DNA of 64,000 bases from Burkholderiales bacterium (GTDB lineage Bacteria > Pseudomonadota > Gammaproteobacteria > Burkholderiales > Ga0077523): positions 4,484-68,483 of the forward strand of contig JBIIUM010000002.1 in NCBI GenBank assembly GCA_044339985.1, given 5' to 3'. The position numbers were made by a program, and so were the translations under genes. The notes under the pieces are model-generated. The model was not told where the DNA came from and made no database searches. It was given only the letters and a program-made list of their open reading frames with translations. Below are positions 32,701-40,323 of this stretch, one piece after another (the stretch's first letter is position 1; each line of letters starts with the position of its first letter).

Positions 32701-33779
32701 TCGGGCTTGAACACGCGCTCCTGCTCGGCGAGCGACAGGCGCGCGAACAGCGGCAGGATCTCCACACCGCCCGCCCCGCCGCGCACCCGCCCCACGGGAT
32801 GCTTGCGCAGGTGCTCGGCGGTTTCCCGGATCTCGCGCTCGCCCGGCAGGAACACCAGCGCGTCGCCGCTGCCGTGCTTCAGGTACAGATGGTCGAGCGC
32901 ATCGGCGATGGTCTCGGGCAGGTCGGGCGCTTCGCCGTTCTCGTCCTCTTCCTCCGCGCGGACCGGGCGATACTCCACCTCCACGGGGTACAGCCGGCCG
33001 GACACCTCGATGACCGGCGCGTCCATGAAGTGCCGCGAGAAGCGCTGGGCGTCGATGGTGGCCGAGGTGATGACGAGTTTCAGGTCCGGGCGCCTGGGCA
33101 GCAGCTGGCGCAGGTAGCCCAGCAGGAAGTCGATGTTCAGGCTGCGCTCGTGGGCCTCGTCCACGATGATGGTGTCGTAGGCGCGCAGCTGGCGGTCGGC
33201 CTGCGTCTCGGCGAGCAGGATGCCGTCCGTCATGAGCTTGACGAACGGCTCGGGTCCCACGTGGTCGTTAAAGCGCACCTTGTAGCCCACCAGCTCTCCC
33301 AGCGGCGAGCCCAGCTCCTGCGCGATGCGCCCGGCCACGGTGCGCGCCGCGATGCGTCGCGGCTGGGTGTGGCCGATGAGGCCCTGCACACCTCGCCCTG
33401 CTTCCAGGCAGATCTTGGGTAGTTGCGTGGTCTTGCCCGAGCCGGTCTCGCCGCACACGATGATCACCGGGTGGGCGTTGAGCGCAGCGGCGATTTCGCC
33501 GCGCTTGCCGCTCACGGGCAGCTCTTCCGGATAGCGCAGCACCGGCAGGCGGGCGCGGCGCCGGGCCACTCGCGCCAGCGAGGTGTCGATGTCGCTTTCG
33601 ATCCGGGCCAGGTCGGACTCGTCCACGCCGGTCTTGGCTTCGCGCAGCCGCGCCAGGCGGGCGCGAAGCCGCGACTGGTCTTCGATCATGCAGGCAGGCA
33701 CACGCTGCCACTGGGCGTCCAGGGGCGAACGCCGCGAGGGCGGTGACGCGGGAGGGTGTGACGGCGCGGCGGAGGTCAC
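29796..33779 (-). CDS. hrpA: ATP-dependent RNA helicase HrpA (DEAH-box)
   Basis: 1327-aa ORF with motifs GETGSGKTTQLPK, DEAHERS, SATID, QRAGRCGR and HA2/OB/C-terminal HrpA-specific regions. GTG start at 33779. Confidence 0.95.
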   Translation of the reverse strand: MTSAAPSHPPASPPSRRSPLDAQWQRVPACMIEDQSRLRARLARLREAKTGVDESDLARIESDIDTSLARVARRRARLPVLRYPEELPVSGKRGEIAAALNAHPVIIVCGETGSGKTTQLPKICLEAGRGVQGLIGHTQPRRIAARTVAGRIAQELGSPLGELVGYKVRFNDHVGPEPFVKLMTDGILLAETQADRQLRAYDTIIVDEAHERSLNIDFLLGYLRQLLPRRPDLKLVITSATIDAQRFSRHFMDAPVIEVSGRLYPVEVEYRPVRAEEEDENGEAPDLPETIADALDHLYLKHGSGDALVFLPGEREIRETAEHLRKHPVGRVRGGAGGVEILPLFARLSLAEQERVFKPDAGPRVVLATNVAETSLTVPRIRYVVDPGLARINRYSFRNKVEMLQVEPVSRASANQRAGRCGRVSSGVCVRLYSEEEFQTRPEFTDPEILRSSLAAVILRMKALKLGEPESFPFVEPPQPRMIADGYQLLLELGAVDERHNLTSVGAQLARLPIDPRIGRMIVAAKRENCLREVLVIAAALSVQDPRDRPMEKADAADAAHAAFVDERSDFLGFLKLWDFYDELLKHRKSMRKLQAECREKFLSWLRLREWRDLHGHLHALVSEMGWRENDKPAEHAQVHRALLAGLLGNIGMKGEEGGEYLGARGVKFHVFPGSALRRKQPRWVMAAELTETTRLFARCVAGIEPEWIEAAAPHLAKKHHFDPHWEKATGQVVAFERVVVYGLTVVPRRRVAYGPIDPAESRRIFIRAALVEGDARLEAPFLRHNRRLVEEVRDLEHKSRRHDVLVDAEDMFAFYDARIPADVHGMAAFEHWRKEAERADPRLLFMTREGLMRQGAQAPSAERFPDALEMNGVRYALTYRFDPGHPLDGVTLQVPLHLLNQVDERCAQWLVPGLLRDKLTELLKSLPKGLRRHFVPVPQVVTALLGEIEADAVPLPQVLSEALKRQAGVEVPVDAWDLAGLPAHLHMNFRVLDEKGSELAQGRDLPALRLQLGVKARRQFTETARSSFERQGVTTWDFGELPEQVEFTRAGQKLLGYPAIVDEGKSVSLVLLDTEDEAAAATRRGLRRLFQLAAVEQVKFVGRNLRGVQDMALKWTALAELLGERPQDKAGTMERLQEALVTAACDRAFFAEADRIRDRSAFEARVVKARTRLVEVANEVCAVVLSTLGEVYALRPRIQQPGAQAWQRLMTDVKAQLRGLLPADFITTTPYERLKQLPRYLQAIAIRLDKFASNPARDAQWQDTVSHWWKLWTQRREADRARGSRNPRLEEFRWMLEELRVSLWAQQLRTPYPVSFKRIEKAWSEL

Positions 33780-33863
33780 AGGGCGGTGGGGAGCGATGTT
33801 AAATCACGGGCGCGGGTGACTTGGAGAGCCGCCGTGGTCCGCTGGTTCGGCAACCCGGCGCAC

Positions 33864-33892
33864 AAAAAAACGGGGTGCCTGGCGGCACCCCG
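33864..33892 (-). terminator. rho-independent terminator
   Basis: On the minus strand a 9-bp GC-rich stem CGGGGUGCC / GGCACCCCG with a 4-nt loop (33892->33871) is followed by U7 (33870->33864). Confidence 0.75.
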
Positions 33893-34086
33893 AAGTTCCC
33901 TGAAACGACGTAGCGAAGCAACCATGAACCGGCCGGAACGCCACTCCTGCCGATCGCACACCGAAAACTCCAGCGTGCCCGGTAACGCGGTACATCCGTG
34001 GAACTGCATGGCCGCCGGTGCCCGGGTCCGCAGCCCCTCGCCACGGCGTGCTCCCGGCCCGCGCCAGCCCTTTCCCCCGCGCGTTG
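33864..34086 (-). ncRNA. candidate small RNA of about 220 nt (alternatively a terminator-controlled hrpA leader or a long 3' UTR of the Mrp/TerB operon)
   Basis: The region is bounded by an FNR-type class II promoter-like arrangement (box 34134->34121, -10 TAGAGT 34098->34093) and the intrinsic terminator at 33892->33864. No minus-strand ORF terminates before the hairpin. I recognise no known RNA family (not tRNA, tmRNA, RNase P or SRP-like). Confidence 0.4.
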
Positions 34087-34120
34087 GACGCGACTCTAGG
34101 GGGTGGGCCGCGCGTCAGCC

Positions 34121-34134
34121 TTGATTTACGTCAA
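34121..34134 (-). promoter_or_regulatory. FNR/Anr/Dnr-type (CRP-FNR family) binding box
   Basis: TTGATTTACGTCAA reads TTGAC-GTAA-ATCAA on the minus strand, a 9/10 match to TTGAT-N4-ATCAA. Its centre sits 41.5 nt upstream of the TSS implied by the TAGAGT hexamer at 34098-34093. The box overlaps the stop codon of the TerB-like gene. Confidence 0.4.
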
Positions 34135-34544
34135 CCCGCCAGCGGGCGTTGCAGTTCGTCCAGGGACAGGCCCCAGCGCCCGAGGGTGTAGCGCAACAGC
34201 GCCAGTTCGGCATCGTGGAACTGCTGGTCGGCCTTCATGAGGATCAGCGCCATGCTGGCGGCGTCGGTGCGTTTGCGCCCGTCCTGCACGGCATCCACGA
34301 TGGCATCGATGCGCGCCTTGTCCATGAGGTTGATCTTGCCTCCCGCGTCGCCGGCGGCCAGCAGGTCGTCGCAGTAGTCCTTCACCACCTGCGAGAACTG
34401 CTCACGGGTGAGGTCGATCAGGCGCAACAGGTCGAGGCGCTCCAGGGCTTGCAGTTCGCGGTCGTCGAGCCGCGCGTCGGCAAGCATCACCATGGCCAGC
34501 ACACGGGCCATGGCTTCGGGGCTGTCGGCGGGGTAGGTTTTCAT
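34131..34544 (-). CDS. TerB-like (tellurite-resistance TerB / DjlA-N type) domain protein
   Basis: 137-aa ORF with an AGGGAG RBS, starting 9 nt after the mnhG stop. It is helical and acidic, with ARVLAMVMLADARLDDRELQALERL and a second half ILMKADQQFHDAELALL typical of TerB-fold proteins. Confidence 0.55.
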   Translation of the reverse strand: MKTYPADSPEAMARVLAMVMLADARLDDRELQALERLDLLRLIDLTREQFSQVVKDYCDDLLAAGDAGGKINLMDKARIDAIVDAVQDGRKRTDAASMALILMKADQQFHDAELALLRYTLGRWGLSLDELQRPLAG

Positions 34545-34553
34545 GGCATCTCC

Positions 34554-34877
34554 CTAAGGGTGGGGCGGGGGCGGTGGATGGGTGCCCGCCGTGCGGTCCG
34601 CGCGCCGCCCGGCCTTGGCGATGAACAGGGCGCTCACCGGCGTGGTGATCACCAGGAACAACGTGATGAGCAACTCGTGCAGGCTGACACCGTCACCGCG
34701 GCTGGAAAACCACACCATGGAGGCCAGCAGCAGCGCGCCGATGCCCAGGGTCGTGGCCTTGCTCGGACCATGCAGGCGCGTGAGCAGGTCGGGGAACCGC
34801 GCCAGTCCGATGGAGCCCAGCAACGCGAAGCCCGCGCCTGCCAGCACCAGGGCCGAAACCGCCAGTTCGAGAATCAT
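34554..34877 (-). CDS. mnhG: Na+/H+ antiporter Mrp/Mnh subunit G
   Basis: MILELAVSALVLAGAGFALLGSIGLARFPDLLTRLHGPSKATTLG matches the MnhG signature G-x-GL-x-R-x-PD...R-x-H. The ATG at 34877 is preferred; an alternative GTG lies at 34904. Confidence 0.8.
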   Translation of the reverse strand: MILELAVSALVLAGAGFALLGSIGLARFPDLLTRLHGPSKATTLGIGALLLASMVWFSSRGDGVSLHELLITLFLVITTPVSALFIAKAGRRADRTAGTHPPPPPHP

Positions 34878-34884
34878 GGATGGC

Positions 34885-35157
34885 TCACTCGATGATGTCG
34901 CCACGCAGCAGATACTTCGATAGCGCCACCGTGCCGATGAAGCCCAGCGCCGCGATCAGCAGTGCCGCCTCGAAGTACAGGGTGCTGCCGGTGTGCAGCC
35001 CAAGCAGCACGATCAGGCCGGTGGCGTTCACGTACAGGGTGTCGAGGGCAAGGATGCGGTCGGCGGTGTCGGGGCCCTGCAGCAGCCGGTAGACGTTGAG
35101 GAGCATGGCAAGCCCCAGCATGGCCGCCGCCGCGGACAGCGCCCAGGCCATCAGCAT
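34885..35157 (-). CDS. mnhF: Na+/H+ antiporter Mrp/Mnh subunit F
   Basis: 90-aa ORF with three TM segments and RLLQGPDTADRILALD, the MnhF signature. Confidence 0.8.
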   Translation of the reverse strand: MLMAWALSAAAAMLGLAMLLNVYRLLQGPDTADRILALDTLYVNATGLIVLLGLHTGSTLYFEAALLIAALGFIGTVALSKYLLRGDIIE

Positions 35158-35639
35158 TCGAATATCCTCTGCAGGCGTGCCTCGTAGCGTGCCTTGATGT
35201 CCTCCCGCACCGCGGCATCGTCGGGTGCGTCCAGGGCATGCACCAGCAACACGCCGCGCTCCAGGTCCAGGTCAGCCGACACCGTGCCCGGCGTCAGGGT
35301 GACGGTGGCCGCCAGCACGCTGGCCACCACCGGATCGCGCACTGCGAGGGGCACTTCCACCAGGCGTGGCCGCAGCCGCGCCACGGGGCTCAGCACCAGC
35401 CGCGCCACGCGCAGGTTGGCCACCACGATGTCGCCCAGCACCAGCGCCACGTAAGCGAGCGCCGCCAGCGGACGGCGGATGGGCGGCACAGCGGGGAACA
35501 CCCGTCGCACTGCCAGCGGGATGGCCACCGCCAGTGCCGCGGCCAAGATCACCTGGCCCGCCGACAGGGAGTTGGCCAGCAGCAGCCACAACGCCGCCAG
35601 CACCAGGGACAACCGCGGAAAGGGCAGCCAGCGCGTCAT
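35151..35639 (-). CDS. mnhE: Na+/H+ antiporter Mrp/Mnh subunit E
   Basis: The ATG at 35639 overlaps the mnhD stop (ATGA). The 162-aa product has an MnhE-like N-terminal TM pair and TLTPGTVSADLD. Confidence 0.8.
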   Translation of the reverse strand: MTRWLPFPRLSLVLAALWLLLANSLSAGQVILAAALAVAIPLAVRRVFPAVPPIRRPLAALAYVALVLGDIVVANLRVARLVLSPVARLRPRLVEVPLAVRDPVVASVLAATVTLTPGTVSADLDLERGVLLVHALDAPDDAAVREDIKARYEARLQRIFEC

Positions 35640-37174
35640 GGCGCCGCCTCGCGGTCCCCGGGCGCGGGCCGTTGCCCGCCCGTCCGGGGGGCGCCGGGAT
35701 CGGCACCCAGCACTTCCCCACGGATGACGCCGGGGTCCAGGGCTTCCGCCGCCGCCTGTCGGGTGAAGCCCGCCACCGGGTTTGCCACCGCGGTGAGTGC
35801 CGCAATGAGCCCCAGCAACACGGCGGGCGCTGCCAGCAGGGGCCGGTCGAGGATTGTGGCTGGCGGCGCCGGTTCGAGAGCCCAGAACAGCCGCGAGCCC
35901 GCCTTGGAAAGCGCAACGATGTTGAGCAGTGAGGCGCCGAGGATCACCCCCCACAACCAGGGCGCCCCGGGGGCGCCTTGAAGGATCATGAACTTCCCCA
36001 GGAAGCCGGCCAGCGGCGGCATGCCCGACAGGGCTACGGCGAGGACAAAGAACGCCGCGCCCATCAGCCCTGCCGCCGGCGTGGGCGGGGCCCGCTCCAG
36101 GCGGTCGGCGGCAGGGCCGCGGTGGCGCGCGATGGTGTCGGTGAGGAGGAACAGCCCGGCGGTGGCGAGCGAACTGGCCAACAGGTAGTACAGGCCACCG
36201 CCTACGGCGCCCGCTGCGCCCGTGGCCACGGCCGCCAGCCATGTGGCCGTGGAGCCCAGGGCCAACCATGCCGTCAGCGTGCTGAGCGAGGGCGCGGACA
36301 GGGCGCCCAGCGCCGCCGCCGCCACAGCCCCCAGGGCGGTCGGCAGGGCGACCGTGGTGGCCAGGTCGGCGGCCGGGCTGGCGCCGAACACCAGCGGATA
36401 GACGCGCAGCACGGCGTACACACCCACCTTGGTGAGGAGGGCGAAAATCGCCGCCACCGGCGCCGCCGCAGCGCCATAGGTGCCCGGCAGCCACAGGTAC
36501 AGGGGCGCGGCCGCCGCCTTCAGCAGGAACACCACCAGCAGCACCCCGGCGCCCGCCCGTATCCAGGGCCACTGGGCCTGGGGCGCCTGGGCGAGCATCA
36601 TCCCGAGATCGGCCATGTTGAGCGTACCCCCCACCCGGTAGAGCAGGCTCACCGCCACCAGAAACAGGGTTGATCCGATGAGATTGAGCACCACGTAGTG
36701 CACGCTGGCACGCAACCGGGACGCGCCGCGGCCGTGCTGCAGCAAGCCGTAGGAGGCGATCAGCATCAGCTCGAAGCATACGAACAGGTTGAACAGATCG
36801 CCCGTGAGGAAGGCGCCGTTCAGCCCCATGATCTGGAACTGCATCAACGGGTGGAAATGGGCACCCCTGGCGTCCCAGCCGCGCAGGGCATAGAGCAGGC
36901 TGGTGGCCGCCACCGCCGCCGTGAGCGCCACCATGAGCGCCGACAGCCGGTCGAGCACGAGCACGATCCCCAGCCGCGCCGGCCAAGCGCCCATGGCGTA
37001 CACGCGGGCTCCGCCGTCGCTGGTGTGCAGCAGGCAGGCAGTGGCCACCGCCAGCAGCGCCGCCACCGATACCACCGCCACGGCCCGCTGTGCGCGCAGC
37101 CGCCCCCACAGCAATACCAGCAGGCAGGCCGACAGGGCTGGCAGCAGGAAGGGCAGGGCTGGCAGGTGGTTCAC
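35636..37174 (-). CDS. mnhD: Na+/H+ antiporter Mrp/Mnh subunit D (NuoN/NuoM-like)
   Basis: 512-aa polytopic protein of the proton-conducting membrane transporter family. Its GTG start overlaps the mnhC stop (GTGA). Confidence 0.9.
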   Translation of the reverse strand: MNHLPALPFLLPALSACLLVLLWGRLRAQRAVAVVSVAALLAVATACLLHTSDGGARVYAMGAWPARLGIVLVLDRLSALMVALTAAVAATSLLYALRGWDARGAHFHPLMQFQIMGLNGAFLTGDLFNLFVCFELMLIASYGLLQHGRGASRLRASVHYVVLNLIGSTLFLVAVSLLYRVGGTLNMADLGMMLAQAPQAQWPWIRAGAGVLLVVFLLKAAAAPLYLWLPGTYGAAAAPVAAIFALLTKVGVYAVLRVYPLVFGASPAADLATTVALPTALGAVAAAALGALSAPSLSTLTAWLALGSTATWLAAVATGAAGAVGGGLYYLLASSLATAGLFLLTDTIARHRGPAADRLERAPPTPAAGLMGAAFFVLAVALSGMPPLAGFLGKFMILQGAPGAPWLWGVILGASLLNIVALSKAGSRLFWALEPAPPATILDRPLLAAPAVLLGLIAALTAVANPVAGFTRQAAAEALDPGVIRGEVLGADPGAPRTGGQRPAPGDREAAP

Positions 37175-37524
37175 GCTTCCTCCGCGGCCTGTCGGGCTTG
37201 CGGGGTGGCGCCGGCGTCCACGTGGTCGCTGCCTGTTGCGGCGCGTGCCTGCATGGCCAGCACGATCAGGTAGGCCGTCATGCCGAAGCTGATGACAACG
37301 GCGGTGAGCACCAGCGCCTGAGGCAGCGGATCGGCGTAGGTGGCCTGGGCGCCCACCACCGGTGGCGCGCCGGTGCGCAGGCCGCCCGAGGCAAAAACGA
37401 ACAGGTTCACCGCATAGGACAGGAGGGTGAGGCCGAGCACCACCGGGAAGGTGCGCGCCCGCAGCACCAGGTACACGCCGGCCGTGGTCAGCAGGCCGAT
37501 GGCGGAGGCGATCAGCAATTCCAT
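37171..37524 (-). CDS. mnhC: Na+/H+ antiporter Mrp/Mnh subunit C (NuoK-like)
   Basis: 117-aa ORF with three TM segments, starting MELLIASAIGLLTTAGVYLVLRARTFPVVLGL. Confidence 0.9.
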   Translation of the reverse strand: MELLIASAIGLLTTAGVYLVLRARTFPVVLGLTLLSYAVNLFVFASGGLRTGAPPVVGAQATYADPLPQALVLTAVVISFGMTAYLIVLAMQARAATGSDHVDAGATPQARQAAEEA

Positions 37525-37527
37525 GGG

Positions 37528-40323
37528 TCAGGCCTGTGCCGGCCGCAGCCGGCCCAATTGTTCGAGGATCAGCATCACCACGCCCAGCACCGTGAGATAG
37601 ACGCCCAGGTCGAAGAGCGCCGCGCTCGCCCAGTGGATATCACCCGCCACGGGCAGGTGCAGATGGCCGTGGGCGCTGGTCAGGAATGGTTTCGACCAGG
37701 CCCAGGCGGCCAGCCCCGTGGCGCCGGCCACGGCGAGACCGGTGGACAGGGTGCGGGTGAAGTCCAGCCCCAGCCGTGCTGCGCTCCACGCCCCGCCATT
37801 GGCGACGTACAACATGGCCACTGCCACGCCCGTCACCAGCCCGGCCACGAAGCCGCCTCCGGGCAGGTTGTGGCCACGCAGAAAAATGTGCACCGCCAGC
37901 AGCAACGCCAGGGCCAGCACCACGCGCGCCAGCAGGCTGAGCATCACCGGCCGGAAGGCGGCCGGTGACGGTTCGTCGCCAGCCACGCGCGGCCGTGGGG
38001 CTGGGGCGCCGCCCAGCAGCGCCACGATGCCCAGGGCGGCGATGGCCAGCACGGTGATCTCGCCGTAGGTGTCGAAGCCGCGGAAATCCACCAGGATCAC
38101 GTTCACCACGTTGCTGCCGCCACCCTCGGACACGCTGCGGGCGATGTGCTCGGCGGAGACCGTGGGTCCGGTGGTGGTGGTCATCCACCAAGCGGCGGCC
38201 GCCATGGCCAGGCCGCAGGCCAGCGCCAAGGCGGCATCACGCCAGCGTCGCGCCGGGGTGGACTCGACCGGCGTGGCGGCGGGCAGGAAGGGCAGGGCTA
38301 GCAGCAGCAGCAGCACGGTGGCCACCTCCACCGACAACTGCGTGAGGGCCAGGTCGGGCGCGGACAACCCCAGGAAAGCCAGTGACACGGTCAGCCCCAC
38401 GGCCCCCATGAGGATCACGGCAGTGAGGCGCTGGCGGTGCAGGGCCACCACGGCGGCGGTGGAGATGGCAAGCACCAGCCAGACCGCGGCGGCTGCCGGG
38501 CCGAAGGGCGTGTAGGCATCCGGAGTGCGTGCCGGCAGGGTGGTGACAAAGGGGGCTGCCCCCAGGGCCAGGGCAACCAGCAGCACCAGCGCCACCTGGC
38601 GTTGAAGGGTGCCATCGGCGCTCAGGCGGGTAAAGCGCTGCGCCCCATGGGTGAGTGCGGCGAGCCCGTCGAGAAACAGACGTTGTGCCGTCCAGCGACC
38701 ATGGGACGGGTCGCGCCCATGCAGATCGAAGCGGTGCAACAGGGTGAAGTAGAGGATCGCGCCCGCCACCAGTGCCAGGGCGCTCATGGCAAGCGGCCCG
38801 TTCAGGCCGTGCCACACCGCCAGGCTGTAGGACGGCAGCGCCGCGCCCACCACCGCACCCGAGGCTGCCGCCAGCAACCCGCCCACGGTGGCGCCCGGCA
38901 ACATGCCCACCAGCAGGCATAGACCTGCCAGCACTTCCACCGGGATGCGCATCCACCGCGGTGGTTCGTGGGGCGTTCGCGGCAGGCCGCGGGCCGGCGC
39001 CCCGAAGAACACGTCGTGCACGAAGCGCGTGGAATAGGCCACGCTCAGCACCGCCGCGCCCAGGGCCACCACCGGAAACAGCCAGCCCAGGATGCCCAGC
39101 GATTGCAGACGCAGGGTCTCGGCGAACAACATTTCCTTTGACAGAAAACCGTTTAGCAGCGGAACGCCCGCCATGGCGGCCGAGGCCACGATGGCAAGCG
39201 TGCCGGTGTAGGGCATGGCCCGCCACAACCCGCCCAGGCGGCGCATGTCGCGGGTGCCGGTTTCGTGGTCCACGATGCCTGCCGCCATGAACAGCGAGGC
39301 CTTGAAGGTGGCGTGGTTGATCACGTGGAACACGCTGGCCACGGCTGCCATCGGGCTGTCGAGCCCGAGCAGCAACACGATCAGCCCCAGATGGCTGATG
39401 GTGGAGTAGGCCAGCAGCCCCTTCAGATCGTGGCGGAACAGTGCCGCCCAGGCGCCGATGGCAAGGGTTGCCAGACCCGTGCCGCCCACCAGCCAGAACC
39501 ACAACTCGGTGCCCGACAACGCCGGCCACAGGCGCGCCAGCAGGAAGATGCCGGCCTTCACCATGGTGGCCGAGTGCAGGTAGGCCGACACGGGCGTGGG
39601 CGCAGCCATGGCATTGGGCAGCCAGAAGTGGAACGGGAACTGCGCCGACTTGGTGAAGGCCCCCAGCAGCACCAGCACCAGCGCCACGGCGTAGTCGGGA
39701 TGGGCGCGCAGCGCATCGCCCGCCAGGTTCAGTTCCGAGATGCGATAGGTGCCGGCGGCGCTGCCCAGCAGCAAGGCGCCCCCCAGCAGCGCAAGTCCGC
39801 CAAGCCCGGTGACGGCAAGGGCCATGCGTGCGCCCACCCGGGCATCGGCGCGATGGCTCCAGTAGCCGATCAGCAGGAATGAGGACAGGCTGGTGAGCTC
39901 CCAGAAAACCACCGTGAGCAGCAGGTTGTCCGACAGCACGATGCCCAGCATGGCGCCCATGAAGGCCAGCAGCATGGAGAAGAAGCGGCCGAAGGGGTCC
40001 TGGGGCGAGAGGTAGTAGGCGCCGTAGAGAACGATCAGCGCGCCGATGGCCAGGATCAGCCCGGAGAACAACAACGACAGTCCGTCCAGGCGCAGCGCCA
40101 CCTCAAGCCCCGCCGCCTCGATCCATGGCCAGGCCACCGTCGGTGTCTCGCCGCGCAGGACGGCAGGGGCGAAGGCCAGCAGCAGTGCGAAGGCCGCCAG
40201 GGGCACGGCGGCCGTGACCCAGGCGATCACCGCGCGGGGGCGGCGGCGCAGCAGCGCCGGCAGCAGCGCCCCTGCGAAGGGCGCCGCCACCAGTGCAGCC
40301 AGCCAGGGGGCGGCACTAGTCAT
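37528..40323 (-). CDS. mnhA: Na+/H+ antiporter Mrp/Mnh fused subunit A-B (group 2 MrpA')
   Basis: 931-aa ORF with a NuoL-like core plus a C-terminal MnhB-like region. The six-gene layout (A'CDEFG) follows it. Confidence 0.9.
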   Translation of the reverse strand: MTSAAPWLAALVAAPFAGALLPALLRRRPRAVIAWVTAAVPLAAFALLLAFAPAVLRGETPTVAWPWIEAAGLEVALRLDGLSLLFSGLILAIGALIVLYGAYYLSPQDPFGRFFSMLLAFMGAMLGIVLSDNLLLTVVFWELTSLSSFLLIGYWSHRADARVGARMALAVTGLGGLALLGGALLLGSAAGTYRISELNLAGDALRAHPDYAVALVLVLLGAFTKSAQFPFHFWLPNAMAAPTPVSAYLHSATMVKAGIFLLARLWPALSGTELWFWLVGGTGLATLAIGAWAALFRHDLKGLLAYSTISHLGLIVLLLGLDSPMAAVASVFHVINHATFKASLFMAAGIVDHETGTRDMRRLGGLWRAMPYTGTLAIVASAAMAGVPLLNGFLSKEMLFAETLRLQSLGILGWLFPVVALGAAVLSVAYSTRFVHDVFFGAPARGLPRTPHEPPRWMRIPVEVLAGLCLLVGMLPGATVGGLLAAASGAVVGAALPSYSLAVWHGLNGPLAMSALALVAGAILYFTLLHRFDLHGRDPSHGRWTAQRLFLDGLAALTHGAQRFTRLSADGTLQRQVALVLLVALALGAAPFVTTLPARTPDAYTPFGPAAAAVWLVLAISTAAVVALHRQRLTAVILMGAVGLTVSLAFLGLSAPDLALTQLSVEVATVLLLLLALPFLPAATPVESTPARRWRDAALALACGLAMAAAAWWMTTTTGPTVSAEHIARSVSEGGGSNVVNVILVDFRGFDTYGEITVLAIAALGIVALLGGAPAPRPRVAGDEPSPAAFRPVMLSLLARVVLALALLLAVHIFLRGHNLPGGGFVAGLVTGVAVAMLYVANGGAWSAARLGLDFTRTLSTGLAVAGATGLAAWAWSKPFLTSAHGHLHLPVAGDIHWASAALFDLGVYLTVLGVVMLILEQLGRLRPAQA

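Noticed and set aside
33776-34044. Three minus-strand ORFs (33776..34009, 33799..34044, 33804..33995) as possible small proteins in the terB-hrpA spacer.
   Set aside because: All three read straight through the GC hairpin and U7 terminator and end only near or inside hrpA. None has an RBS, and the residue composition is implausible. The region is better explained as non-coding RNA.
34100-34134. A simple sigma70 reading of TTGACG (minus strand, 34134->34129) as a -35 element.
   Set aside because: No -10-like hexamer lies at 16-19 nt spacing. The only -10-like hexamer (TAGAGT) is 30 nt away. That distance fits a class II CRP/FNR-type box rather than a -35 hexamer.
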